Positions 7,133 to 16,812 of a stretch of DNA of 64,000 bases are shown here, one piece after another (positions within the stretch are counted from its first letter, which is position 1; each line of letters begins with the position of its first letter). Made by a program: the position numbers and the translations under genes. Under the pieces are notes generated by a model that ran no database searches, was not told where the DNA came from, and was given only the letters and a program-made list of their open reading frames with translations. The DNA comes from a virus, in the IMG/VR virus record IMGVR_UViG_3300025815_000010, positions 15,775 through 79,774 of that record. The stretch is one strand, 5' to 3'.

Positions 7133-9113
7133 CGGTCTTTGTCTCCATTGTTTTAAGATTTTCTAACAATCTCTCTGTTTCGTAACTTATAGAGAAAATT
7201 CTTTCTTCTTGAATGTTTTGTTCTCTCTCGTAATTAGTAGCTTCCGACGTTATACCTTTCTGGAGCGTGCTAATACTATCATGTCCGTAATATCCTGGGC
7301 CTATTGAACGCATGGTACCACCAGAAGCTGCCTCAGGCACTGCGGTCCTCGCTAGAGACTTAAGCCTTGGGCCTCTAGATTTCCTTCCATCCTGCTTTTT
7401 CTTACTTGGGTTAGTCCACCTAAAATCTTCGTCTCTTTTGCCTGGGGTTGCCAAAAGTGGGGTAGCTTCTGCCGCTTCTCCACCTCCGGTATCTGCAGCT
7501 GGCTCTGCGGCTGGCTCTGGCAAGCCACCAGCATCTTCTCCGCCTGGTTCTGCCAACGGCATATCACTTGCTCCAGGCAAGCCCTCGCCTCCCTCAAAGC
7601 CTCCTGCCATACCGGCATCCATGCCACCCGCAAGCGCACCAGCGGCTTGCTGACCAGCAGCTTCACCAACTGCGTTAAGCTCAGCCTCATACTTACGGTC
7701 GTGGTAAATCTCTCTCTTGTTACGAATAAATTCTTCCTCAGACATTCCAAAGAGATTTTCTGCGACCCAACGCTTAGAGAAGAAGCCATCAGTAGCGTTT
7801 GTTGCGACAGAGAACTTCTGATTCCAATGCTCAAGCTCTTGGATTTCTGCAATCTTAGATGGATTGTTAAGGGCAAGAGTAAAGCTGATTAGGTCTTCAC
7901 CACGGAACCCTAGTGTATGTAGGTGAACAATACCAATCTTTTCTAGCTCGGATAGGAGTGGACGCTGAAGTCTTTGCACTGTTCTCGCAAAACGGATATC
8001 TTTCTGTGCGAGAGTAGTTTTGTCTTCAGAGCCCCCCTCACCTTGGGTGAGGTAAGCAGCAGGGATCTTTAGAGCAGAGAACAACTTGTCTCTCAGATAT
8101 TTGACATCATCAATATCATGGTTTCTCTCTTGGCCCCCAACGCTTTCAATAGAAGCAAACTTTGTTCCACCACGAACAGGAATGTAATAGTCCTCTTCGA
8201 TGCTCATTGGATTGTAGCGAAGATCAACACGGCCAGTGTTCTGGTTGACTACTTGATTTCTCTTCATTGCAGTGATGACTCTCTGCATGTACTGCTCGAC
8301 ATCTTGAGGTGGAATGTTGCCGACATCAACATAGAAAGCCTTTCTGGCTGGTGCCCTAACAATACGGTATGCCATCATGGCATCTTCCATTAGTGTAAGC
8401 TGACGCCAAATACGGCGGGCTGGCTCTAGGACTGATGTTCCGTATGGGTGGTATTTATCATTCCCTAGGATACGGAAGTGAGCCATCTGCCAGTTTTCAA
8501 ATGTCATGCCTGCAGCGTTCCACTGGAACTGGATATAGTTTGGATTTGTCTTGTCTTCGCCCTCTAGCCTCTCAATCTCGTTTGGGGGGAGGCCGATTGC
8601 ATGACGAACACCATATGTTTCGTCAACATCCAAGTAAAGGAAAAAGTCTCCATACTTGCACATTGTACGAGCCCAACCAAAAAGATTAAACTTAACATTT
8701 AGAACGTCATTATAGAGACTGTCGAGAATGGCCCTAATCTCTTCGTTGGGACACTTGATCTGTAGCATTTCTGCTAGGGGAGAAGAGGTTGTCATTTCAT
8801 CTGCATAAATATCAAGAGCCGATGCAATCTCTGGCATGTATTCCATTTGGTCAGAGTCTACATATCTTTCCGTTCTATTCTGGTTCGCCATATAGTTTGA
8901 GTTCATAGACTCAAATGGATTATAATGTGACCTTTTGAATTCCTGCCCAGAGGCAGACTTAAACATATGTCCGTACTTATCAAGCTGTTGCTTGCGTATT
9001 CTGCGGCCTGTTTGTGTTCTACGGCTGACAATAGGGCCAGAGAATAACTTTGTTAGCCTCTTGTATATATCAGATGCAGGATTTCTAGGATTTCCACTAT
9101 TTTCGTCAGCCAT
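7122..9113 (-). CDS. gp20: Portal protein (T4 gp20-like) with long C-terminal extension
   Basis: PEIASALDIYADE, YGTSVLEPARRIWRQLTLMEDAMMAYRIVRAPARKAFYVDVGNIP, EEDYYIPVR, LFSALKIP, DIRFARTVQRLQ. Confidence 0.95.
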   Translation of the reverse strand: MADENSGNPRNPASDIYKRLTKLFSGPIVSRRTQTGRRIRKQQLDKYGHMFKSASGQEFKRSHYNPFESMNSNYMANQNRTERYVDSDQMEYMPEIASALDIYADEMTTSSPLAEMLQIKCPNEEIRAILDSLYNDVLNVKFNLFGWARTMCKYGDFFLYLDVDETYGVRHAIGLPPNEIERLEGEDKTNPNYIQFQWNAAGMTFENWQMAHFRILGNDKYHPYGTSVLEPARRIWRQLTLMEDAMMAYRIVRAPARKAFYVDVGNIPPQDVEQYMQRVITAMKRNQVVNQNTGRVDLRYNPMSIEEDYYIPVRGGTKFASIESVGGQERNHDIDDVKYLRDKLFSALKIPAAYLTQGEGGSEDKTTLAQKDIRFARTVQRLQRPLLSELEKIGIVHLHTLGFRGEDLISFTLALNNPSKIAEIQELEHWNQKFSVATNATDGFFSKRWVAENLFGMSEEEFIRNKREIYHDRKYEAELNAVGEAAGQQAAGALAGGMDAGMAGGFEGGEGLPGASDMPLAEPGGEDAGGLPEPAAEPAADTGGGEAAEATPLLATPGKRDEDFRWTNPSKKKQDGRKSRGPRLKSLARTAVPEAASGGTMRSIGPGYYGHDSISTLQKGITSEATNYEREQNIQEERIFSISYETERLLENLKTMETKTDEA

Positions 9114-9116
9114 TTA

Positions 9117-10697
9117 TTACCCCTTCATTAGCCAGATGAATTGTTCTTGTTGCTCTAGTGCTGTTTTCTTTTTATTATCAAAGCTATTATGCCCTAACAT
9201 GCCAGGTATGGTTGTGTCAAGTTTTTTATTTGTAGCAATCAAAGAACTAAAGAAAGCTTCTCTATATTCCATTTCCCTCTTATTTGCAGTCAATGCAGTA
9301 TCTCTTACCCAACAAGAAATTGCCAAAGACATGATAAGGTCATCGTTGTAGCCTCTCATGGCCTGTGGCTTTCCATTATTCCAAATAAAAGTCTCCATTT
9401 CGTTACATAAGCGATTCGAATGTATAATAACTAGTTTATTTCTGATAAACTCTTCCATTTTAGCAACAACTAAGGGCCTCGTCTTAGTTGTTGTGGAGAA
9501 ACCCGGAACTGAACTAGCATTAGTGTACGCCACTTCTTGCTCTATGTATTCGTGGGTTCCTTTCAACGAATAATATATATTAGAGTATCCAAGCAATTCA
9601 AGCTTCTCTAGAACAGAAATACCAATACCAATATTCTCAACAACTAAGAGGGCATTACCATACTCTTTCCCAACTTGGTCTAGGATACTAGCGTACATGT
9701 CAAGGCTTGGTTTGCCCTGATATTCTGCTACCTGCTCCATCGTAGAGACTTTGAATACGTGAAAAGCAGAACTATCTTTACCGTCACCTCTAGCAACATC
9801 TGCCACAAGTAAATAATTCTCTCCAGTTACATATCTTTCCCAGATCCAATAATTTCTATCAAAGCCTGTTCTGTAACTTGGCTCCTTGACAGTTTGTTTT
9901 ATGAAAGCAATATCGTCAGGGTGTACCACAGTTTCGCCGGATGTATTGAAGTTACACTCAAGCTCCTGTGCAATCTGGCGTCTTGACATATTTCTTGTTT
10001 CTTTCTCAAACCATTTAAGATCTCGCTCGGGATGAACATCCCATGGGAGGTTGGAGGGAAAGAAATCGTTCTCTCCTGCTTCTGCATCGACATACGTTTT
10101 GTGAAACCAGTTACCAATACCGTTTGGCGTGCTTAGGGCGATACAACGCCCACCAGTTGACAGTGTAGGGTACAGGCCCGTCCAAAGTTCCTCTAAGCCT
10201 TCGATGTGGGCAGCCTCGTCTAGAACCAAAAGTGAAAGGGCCTCCGAACGACCAGCGTCTCCAGAAGTGGATGCTGCTTTAATCTGCGACCCGTTGCTCA
10301 ATTCAAAAGAAGACCGGTTGTCAATATTAATATCAGCAATACGAATCCACTCTGGTAGATTCTTCATAATGCTTTTTACTTTCTTTACCAAGTTTGTTGC
10401 AGTCGCAAACTTAGTTGCCATAACTAATACATTTTTGTCTCGATGAAAGAGCAGAAGCCAGACAACATAGGCTGCAACAATTGTTGACAAACCAAGCTGT
10501 CTAGCTTTCAAGATAATGTTGAAACGATGATCGTTGAAGTTAACCAACATATCATCTTGATATGGGAAAGTAGTAAAGGGTATTAGACCCTCAAGGGGGT
10601 GAGAAATCCTACAGTAGTTATTGATAAAGTAAGCTGGGTCTTTGCCAGACTTTACAACCTCTTTTAAGATTTCTTTTTTTGTTAGCTGGTAAGCCAT
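9117..10697 (-). CDS. gp17: Terminase large subunit (T4 gp17-like)
   Basis: Walker A KARQLGLST, Walker B LLVLDEAAH, motif III STPNG, nuclease residues ADVARG...DDLIMS. Confidence 0.95.
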   Translation of the reverse strand: MAYQLTKKEILKEVVKSGKDPAYFINNYCRISHPLEGLIPFTTFPYQDDMLVNFNDHRFNIILKARQLGLSTIVAAYVVWLLLFHRDKNVLVMATKFATATNLVKKVKSIMKNLPEWIRIADINIDNRSSFELSNGSQIKAASTSGDAGRSEALSLLVLDEAAHIEGLEELWTGLYPTLSTGGRCIALSTPNGIGNWFHKTYVDAEAGENDFFPSNLPWDVHPERDLKWFEKETRNMSRRQIAQELECNFNTSGETVVHPDDIAFIKQTVKEPSYRTGFDRNYWIWERYVTGENYLLVADVARGDGKDSSAFHVFKVSTMEQVAEYQGKPSLDMYASILDQVGKEYGNALLVVENIGIGISVLEKLELLGYSNIYYSLKGTHEYIEQEVAYTNASSVPGFSTTTKTRPLVVAKMEEFIRNKLVIIHSNRLCNEMETFIWNNGKPQAMRGYNDDLIMSLAISCWVRDTALTANKREMEYREAFFSSLIATNKKLDTTIPGMLGHNSFDNKKKTALEQQEQFIWLMKG

Positions 10698-10703
10698 GCT
10701 GGC

Positions 10704-11252
10704 CTACTCTTTCTTTCTAGAATCGTTCTCTGGTCTCTTGCCCGCGAAGCCACCTTGGTCCAAGAAAGTCCTAAATTTAACATCCATACGATCCTCGGAT
10801 GGGGCCTTGACTTCCTCTACTTCATTTAGTGTACCAATATTGTACATTCTGTGCGCTTGACACCATGTGCGAACTCTTGAAGTGTTCTGAACAATGACGT
10901 TTACATCACCGTCTGCGGTAAGCGTGAGAGAATCGCCTGTGATTGCTTTGTACTCTTTCTTTAGGAACGTAGCAATATCATTGATCATAGACTCGACATT
11001 AGACTCAAAAGGAGTAGAATAAATCTCTTTAAGCATCACTTCAGAATGGTATGAGATTTTTAACTTCGGACCATGGAAAGAAACGCCAAAGCCATCCATA
11101 ACACGTTTGTCTATCAGAGGATTCCCCTCTTCACGCTTGAGTCCAACTTTTCTTGCCTTGCCGTCAGACGCATACTCTTCCATGTGAGCCCCGTCGTAAG
11201 CGTTGGCTGCTGCTTGCGAGATCCCTCTGATGATTTCTAAAGTGGTTGCCAT
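10704..11252 (-). CDS. Hypothetical protein upstream of terminase
   Basis: Likely start MATTLEII at 11252 (TAATG overlap, GGAG SD). Confidence 0.7.
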   Translation of the reverse strand: MATTLEIIRGISQAAANAYDGAHMEEYASDGKARKVGLKREEGNPLIDKRVMDGFGVSFHGPKLKISYHSEVMLKEIYSTPFESNVESMINDIATFLKKEYKAITGDSLTLTADGDVNVIVQNTSRVRTWCQAHRMYNIGTLNEVEEVKAPSEDRMDVKFRTFLDQGGFAGKRPENDSRKKE

Positions 11253-11638
11253 TATTTGTCTCCCTTTTCTGGACGCCAGCCTGTTAGCCATCTTTCTTCT
11301 CTGCCTTCAACCCACTGAACGTAACAATTATAACAACAATCATACTTGCTCATGTAGGCATCATCTTTTATACTGAAAGAAAAAGTTTCACAAACGGGGC
11401 AGTCTCTCCTTACGAATTCTTTATTAATTAGTTTTTTAGAAACTAAAATGCCATTGACTTCGTATTTCTCTTCGCTTTCTTGGAAAGATCGTTCTTTTTC
11501 TGCCAGGATTTTCAATTGTTCTTTATAACATTCTTCCTTTTCATCGTTCCAATACTTTCTTGGGTTTTCAATTGCCTCTGTACCGTATTTCTGGGCAATA
11601 GCTTTTTCTATCCTTGCAATTCTATTTGGGTCCTTCAC
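11252..11638 (-). CDS. Hypothetical zinc-binding protein
   Basis: CPVC...CCYNC motif. Confidence 0.65.
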   Translation of the reverse strand: MKDPNRIARIEKAIAQKYGTEAIENPRKYWNDEKEECYKEQLKILAEKERSFQESEEKYEVNGILVSKKLINKEFVRRDCPVCETFSFSIKDDAYMSKYDCCYNCYVQWVEGREERWLTGWRPEKGDK

Positions 11639-11838
11639 TATGCCTCCATTTTTTCTTTGATAAGGGATACTAAATTTGATGCATCATGTTCAAAAAGGAA
11701 AGGGAAAAACGCATGTACTAAACAAATACAAGATGCGTATAGTAGCAACAGACAAAAGCCTATAGCTCTTAGCATGTGCCCCAAATAAGACATCCCAATA
11801 GAGTTTGGATGTTCACGGAATAGCTCTATCAATCGCAT
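11638..11838 (-). CDS. Small membrane protein, DUF6356-like
   Basis: HPNSIGMSYLGHM...LVHAFFPFLFEHDAS pattern. Confidence 0.6.
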   Translation of the reverse strand: MRLIELFREHPNSIGMSYLGHMLRAIGFCLLLLYASCICLVHAFFPFLFEHDASNLVSLIKEKMEA

Positions 11839-12256
11839 ATGCAGTCCCAATCCCTAATGCTATACCAGCCACCACACTTCCAGCTATAACTAGCGGAAGG
11901 TTGACCTTCCTGTCCTTTTTAATTAGTTCTCGTAATGACTCTATTTCTTCGTCTCTAAGAGAAATCTTTTCTTCATATCTAAAAGTTCTCTCTTCTAGCT
12001 TAATGTTTAGAGTTTCTATGTCTAGAATGTACTTTTCTCTTTGTAGGCTTAATTCAAAATTCAATCTATTTTCAAACTCTCTTTCTTGGAATTCTCTCCA
12101 AGTTAGAAGTTTAGCAGTAGCAATATCGTCAAAGCATGTAGCTTGAAATGGTACACGACCACCGCTTGGCACCAATGTGAAGCTGCCGTCTTGTGCCATC
12201 GCCGGGTTACACAAGACTAAACTTATACTTAATATTTGTGCAATCTTACTTAACAT
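11813..12256 (-). CDS. Exported coiled-coil protein with C-terminal TM helix (possible spanin component)
   Basis: Signal-like MLSKIAQILSISLVLCNPAMA, central coiled coil, C-terminal LPLVIAGSVVAGIALGIGTAYAI. Confidence 0.5.
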   Translation of the reverse strand: MLSKIAQILSISLVLCNPAMAQDGSFTLVPSGGRVPFQATCFDDIATAKLLTWREFQEREFENRLNFELSLQREKYILDIETLNIKLEERTFRYEEKISLRDEEIESLRELIKKDRKVNLPLVIAGSVVAGIALGIGTAYAIDRAIP

Positions 12257-12623
12257 AATCAAAACCAAATGCTTGTTCTATCTGTTCTGCTAGTAGTTCT
12301 GGGTTGTCTCTCCGCAATGTGACAACCTCTTCTGTCCTAGAGTCTCTAGCAGCCTCTATGTCACGCTGCACCGTCTCAAAGATGGTCTCTAGCTCTTTTA
12401 TTCTATCTTGGTACTGCTGTATGACTTGTTTCTGAAGCTCTGCCTCGCGGGCATGACTTTTCCTAATCACAGCAAGTTCTTTTTCGTACCTCTCAGTGGC
12501 ACTGTCGAAGCTCTGTATTAGAGAAGAACGGTCATAATACCATGAAGCAGAAACGGTTAAAAGCAATAATCCAATTAATATTTCTTTCCAGTATTTGATC
12601 AAAAGTGTTCCTAATGGATTCAC
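12246..12623 (-). CDS. N-terminally anchored coiled-coil protein (i-spanin-like)
   Basis: GTG start with GGAG SD. TM segment ILIGLLLLTVSASW followed by a coiled coil. Confidence 0.5.
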   Translation of the reverse strand: MNPLGTLLIKYWKEILIGLLLLTVSASWYYDRSSLIQSFDSATERYEKELAVIRKSHAREAELQKQVIQQYQDRIKELETIFETVQRDIEAARDSRTEEVVTLRRDNPELLAEQIEQAFGFDYVK

Positions 12624-12644
12624 TGTAACTCCACATGTATAATA

Positions 12645-12652
12645 TAATTAGT
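12645..12652 (-). promoter_or_regulatory. Putative late promoter variant ACTAATTA
   Basis: Intergenic, 22 nt upstream of GTG 12623, at the head of the lysis/packaging block. Confidence 0.5.
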
Positions 12653-15600
12653 TTAACATTCAACAAAAGCATGACCCTCTTTTTGTTCGATAGATATCTG
12701 CATATCGACACAATCCTTTAGAGCCTCAAGGTGAGAGATCAAAAGAACGGTCTTGAAATGACTCTTAATCATGTCTAACATTCTTGTAAAGCCTTCCATG
12801 TTTTCTTCATCGAGTGCTGTGCCTGGCTCATCAAGGATAAACACATCACCTTTGGGTAGGTTTGAAACTGAAAGCATAGCAAGTCTAATTGCCATGGCAG
12901 CAATTGTTTTCTCAGCACCTGACCCCATCTCAAGAGGTCGTGACTCCTGGCCTGGGTGTTGGATATGGATATTCAATCTCTTGCCATCATCCTCAAAGTA
13001 AACGTCAAAGTCAACGATATTCATCAAGAACTTAGAGATTTCTTCATTGATTACGGGAAGCTTACTTTTAATAATATCATAGGCTATGCCATTGCTGTGC
13101 ATGCACTTGAGGTAAAGGTCGTATGCAGAATACTCCTCTTGTAGTCTGACAAGTTCTGCCTGCTGATCTCTTAGGTTCTCTATCTTCTGCTCTAAGGAGC
13201 CAAGCTTTTTGTACAAGAATTTTGCTTGATTGTCGAAGTTCTTCTTCTTTGTTTGAGCATTGGCCAGAGCAACCTCAAGGGCTCTCTTATTAGCCATGAG
13301 AGTATTTAACCCATCGATAGCTTCCTTATTAATATTATATTGTTGCTGCTTCTCCTCTAAACCTTCTATCTCAGTAATCAAATTAGAAATGATCGCTTTA
13401 TTCTTGTCGATTGTGAGCACAGCCCTATCCAAAGCTGTTTCGTATTGCGAACGCTTTGACAGCATCTTCTGATGCTTATCAAGTTGCTCCTGTGCCTCTG
13501 TGGGGTCAAGGGCATCTCGCTTCTCTTGTAATTGAGCCTTATGAGAGTCTAGCTCAGAAAGCTGGTGCTCGTTTGTAGGAATATTAGCTTTTGCGACATA
13601 AGCATCTTTAATAAACTTACAAGTGGGGAAAGAAGAACCACAAGGGATACCCTCTAGCGTTGTTGCTTGTCTTTCATTTTGCCTCTTCTCTTTTGCTATC
13701 TCGCTGATCTTTTGATTTAGTTCTTGCATAAAATCATCAATCTTAGAGCACTTATCTACTCTATTCTCATATGTCTTCGCATCAAAGTCATCGATATAGT
13801 CGGTGAATGTTTTGATAATCTCTGTATATCTAATCACCTTTTGCTCTAATTCAGTTTGCTGGTCTTGAACGGACACTAATTGGTTTCTTTTATCTTGCAG
13901 CCGCCTTGTCAAGTCAGCGATGTCGATAAGCTCAGTGGGCGTTGAATCAATCTTCACCTGAAGCAGAGCTATATCTTTGCGATACCCTTCGATCTTTTCT
14001 GCTATTGCTTTAAGCTCACCTTGCTTAGTCTTATGATCTTCGATGCATTCTTCTAGGTCGTACAGAGCTTGGTCGATATCTGCGGCATACTCTTTTCCCT
14101 CAAGTCTCTTGAGTGCTCCACGCAGATCAGATGCTTCGACTTTTGCAAACTTGTACTTTCGATCAAACAGTTCTAGGTCTAGGAACTTAGCAAAGATTTC
14201 TTTACGCTTCGTTGAGCCTTCACGAATAAAAGAAAGAGAATCCAGCTGAGAGGACATTGAGGTTAGAAGAAAATCGTCAACTGTTCCAAAAACCTTTCTA
14301 ATCTCCTTATCCGTATCGTTTCTGGTAAGGCCATTGCGCTCTGACTTAAAGCCATCAATCGACACAGACGTAAAGTTAACATCTGTCTTAGCCTCTGTTA
14401 TTTGCTGGCCCTTTGACTTCTTTGTGTATTTGTCAGACTGTCGAGTAATATTCCACACTGTTCCGTCTTCTGTGAGGATTTCTAGCACACCACGAGCATA
14501 CTCTTTATCAAAGTTAATTACATTTAGGTTTTTTCTTTCGTTCTTTGATGTGGTGTTGAACATCGTAAACAGTAAGCTATCGATAATGCTAGACTTACCA
14601 GAGAAGTTCTTTCCAAAGATGCCTACGATCCCATTCAACTTTGCAAAGTCAATGTGATTATCTTCGCCATAGTTGAACAAGTTGTCGAAAGTTAGGCTAC
14701 GAATAGCCCAATTGACATTTCTTAAGACTTCCTCTTTCTCTTCGGCCATAAGGTTATACTTGTCATTCAGTTGGAGAATCTTGTTCATGACAGAATCACT
14801 AAGATTGTAATCCGACAAAAACTCCTTAATAAGTCTTCTTTGTACCACAATATCTCGTAAATCGTCGTGACGAATATGATCTACGGTGCCAACGTCAAGG
14901 CTATTCTGGCTAATGTTTCTATTGAGAAACGTGATGCTCTCTGGCTGGTATTGGTGCTTTGCCACGTCAACAGCTTTCTTCATCTCTTCTAGAGAAATGC
15001 TCTCATTTGAGACCAACCTAATGCGAGCCCCTTTATCAACTTGATACGTCGGAACCTTGCCGCTCTGTAGTTCTAGAGTAACGAAGGGCTTTGGATTCTT
15101 AAACGTAACGCGCTTGACAGTGAAGCTATCCCTATCTTGGATGTCCCAAATGAGCATACCCTTATCTTCAGACTCTCCAAAGCCTTGCTGAACGGTTGAA
15201 CCTGCATAGCGGATCTTACCCTTCTTATCCATTGCCTGAGCTTTGTGGATGTCTCCCAAGAAGCCATAATCAAACTCTTCAAAGATTGTCACATCATGCT
15301 CACCCTTTTCCATAGTCCAGCCACTGTCCGTTTGGCAGTTAGAGATAGAGCCATGATACAAAGCAATATTAACATTATCGTAGTTTGATGGATCTTGCCA
15401 GTTGTCCTCATCGAATACAGACAGGACAGACAGCGAAAAACCATCCCTTAGATAGACCTCTTGTGAATCCTTAAGCAAGTGTAGCTTGGGGTGCTCAAGT
15501 GCTTCCACAATGGGCGTTAAGGCGTCGAGACGGCCTGTATTCTTGAGGTTGCCATCGTGATTACCAAGGATCACATATGTCGGAGCAATGTCAGCTAGTC

Positions 15601-15796
15601 TGCTTAGAAAAGCGGAACACATATCGACAAACTCTGGTGATATTTGTGTCTTTGTGTGAGCTATATCACCACAATGAATAATGTAATCTACATCTTCTTC
15701 AAGGATCGCAGCGTAAAGCTGTTCAAATACATCATTATATTCTTTGTGATACTTAAGATTCCTAATATGAGTATCAGCTATGTGCGCAAACTTCAA
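12653..15796 (-). CDS. Mre11(SbcD/gp47)-Rad50(SbcC/gp46) fusion nuclease-ATPase
   Basis: Metallophosphoesterase motifs DTH, GD, GNHD, GDIH. Then Walker A GKNFSGKSS, long coiled coil with CGSSFPTC hook, GSGAEK signature, ILDEP, ISH. TTG start. Confidence 0.9.
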   Translation of the reverse strand: MKFAHIADTHIRNLKYHKEYNDVFEQLYAAILEEDVDYIIHCGDIAHTKTQISPEFVDMCSAFLSRLADIAPTYVILGNHDGNLKNTGRLDALTPIVEALEHPKLHLLKDSQEVYLRDGFSLSVLSVFDEDNWQDPSNYDNVNIALYHGSISNCQTDSGWTMEKGEHDVTIFEEFDYGFLGDIHKAQAMDKKGKIRYAGSTVQQGFGESEDKGMLIWDIQDRDSFTVKRVTFKNPKPFVTLELQSGKVPTYQVDKGARIRLVSNESISLEEMKKAVDVAKHQYQPESITFLNRNISQNSLDVGTVDHIRHDDLRDIVVQRRLIKEFLSDYNLSDSVMNKILQLNDKYNLMAEEKEEVLRNVNWAIRSLTFDNLFNYGEDNHIDFAKLNGIVGIFGKNFSGKSSIIDSLLFTMFNTTSKNERKNLNVINFDKEYARGVLEILTEDGTVWNITRQSDKYTKKSKGQQITEAKTDVNFTSVSIDGFKSERNGLTRNDTDKEIRKVFGTVDDFLLTSMSSQLDSLSFIREGSTKRKEIFAKFLDLELFDRKYKFAKVEASDLRGALKRLEGKEYAADIDQALYDLEECIEDHKTKQGELKAIAEKIEGYRKDIALLQVKIDSTPTELIDIADLTRRLQDKRNQLVSVQDQQTELEQKVIRYTEIIKTFTDYIDDFDAKTYENRVDKCSKIDDFMQELNQKISEIAKEKRQNERQATTLEGIPCGSSFPTCKFIKDAYVAKANIPTNEHQLSELDSHKAQLQEKRDALDPTEAQEQLDKHQKMLSKRSQYETALDRAVLTIDKNKAIISNLITEIEGLEEKQQQYNINKEAIDGLNTLMANKRALEVALANAQTKKKNFDNQAKFLYKKLGSLEQKIENLRDQQAELVRLQEEYSAYDLYLKCMHSNGIAYDIIKSKLPVINEEISKFLMNIVDFDVYFEDDGKRLNIHIQHPGQESRPLEMGSGAEKTIAAMAIRLAMLSVSNLPKGDVFILDEPGTALDEENMEGFTRMLDMIKSHFKTVLLISHLEALKDCVDMQISIEQKEGHAFVEC

Positions 15797-15831
15797 GTCT
15801 CCCCCTTTGCTTATGGTTTAAAATAAACATA

Positions 15832-16773
15832 CTACAAGCTCTTTATTTTTTGCAATAAGTAGTTCTCCGCACTCATTACGGTGGCTTGTTCTTTTCTCTC
15901 TCTAAGAACGTTTTCTGGCATTTCTGCCACGTCTTCCCAGCCCTCTACGCTGATTAAGTGAGTTTCTACGCCGTATCTCATCAAACAATCTGCTATGGAT
16001 GATGTCTTTTTCTTATCCATCTCTGTGTTTTCATCCAAAGCAAGGTACACTTTTGGATCATGGCGCACAAGGTTCTGGAACAGTTTTGAATTAATTCGGA
16101 GAGTTGAGCCAACTAGAGGTATGGCAGTACCTACAGTTGAGGCTCGGATCGCATCAAAAACTCCCTCTACTAGAATGACATCTCTATCCCAATCAACATA
16201 AAGTTCGTTAAATACAATATCCCTGTTTACTCTTGGATTCTTATATCTCATCCAATCTCCGTCATACGAGCGAGCTATAAAGAAATTGGCTTTGCCTGTC
16301 ATACTAAAAGATGGAATAATAATTCTACCTCTGTACTCTCCTTCATCGCAGAAACCGATCTTCCAGCGTAAAATATCTTTTCTCGTCACGCCACGACCAA
16401 TCAAATAGTTCATAGCATTCTGAGCAGAGATCGTATTTGTATTAGCAAGGGAGCGAAACTCTTTTGGAAGCTCAACTACTTCTTCTGGCTTTTCTTCCTC
16501 TTCTTCAAAGATATTGTCAAAGCCACCTAATTCTACCCTGTTGGTTAGGGCTCTCCATTCTTGGACGTGCGAGAAAGAACCGTACCTACGGATAACTTGG
16601 TAAACATCGCTGCTTCTCTTGTCACAAACCCAGCACTTGTACACGTTCTTGTCCACATTGACAGAGAACTTTCTCTTGTGATGGTTGCAATAAGGGCATA
16701 TAAAAAGATGCTCTTGACCAGAAATACGAGACCGACCAAGAACATCTTTCAGGATTTGAAGCTTTTCTCTCAT
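15832..16773 (-). CDS. DNA primase (Zn finger + TOPRIM)
   Basis: CPYCNH...CWVC; YRGRIIIP; VILVEGVFDAI; YLALD. Confidence 0.88.
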   Translation of the reverse strand: MREKLQILKDVLGRSRISGQEHLFICPYCNHHKRKFSVNVDKNVYKCWVCDKRSSDVYQVIRRYGSFSHVQEWRALTNRVELGGFDNIFEEEEEKPEEVVELPKEFRSLANTNTISAQNAMNYLIGRGVTRKDILRWKIGFCDEGEYRGRIIIPSFSMTGKANFFIARSYDGDWMRYKNPRVNRDIVFNELYVDWDRDVILVEGVFDAIRASTVGTAIPLVGSTLRINSKLFQNLVRHDPKVYLALDENTEMDKKKTSSIADCLMRYGVETHLISVEGWEDVAEMPENVLRERKEQATVMSAENYLLQKIKSL

Positions 16774-16808
16774 GCTCTAGGTGTAGCATGAGAGAAACCA
16801 GCAGTCAA
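16764..16808 (-). promoter_or_regulatory. Sigma70-like promoter overlapped by a 13-bp inverted repeat
   Basis: TTGACT (16808-16803), 17-nt spacer, TGnTACACC (-10 at 16785-16780), 6 nt, then ATG. Arms TTTCTCTCATGCT / AGCATGAGAGAAA at 16764-16776 and 16785-16797. Confidence 0.5.
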
Positions 16809-16812
16809 GGAA

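Noticed and set aside
10704-11638. Small terminase subunit call
   Set aside because: Position is suggestive but no recognisable motif supports it.
7122-16773. Inteins or introns in portal, terminase, Mre11-Rad50 or primase
   Set aside because: Motifs are contiguous, lengths are accounted for, and no splice-junction or homing-endonuclease motifs were seen.
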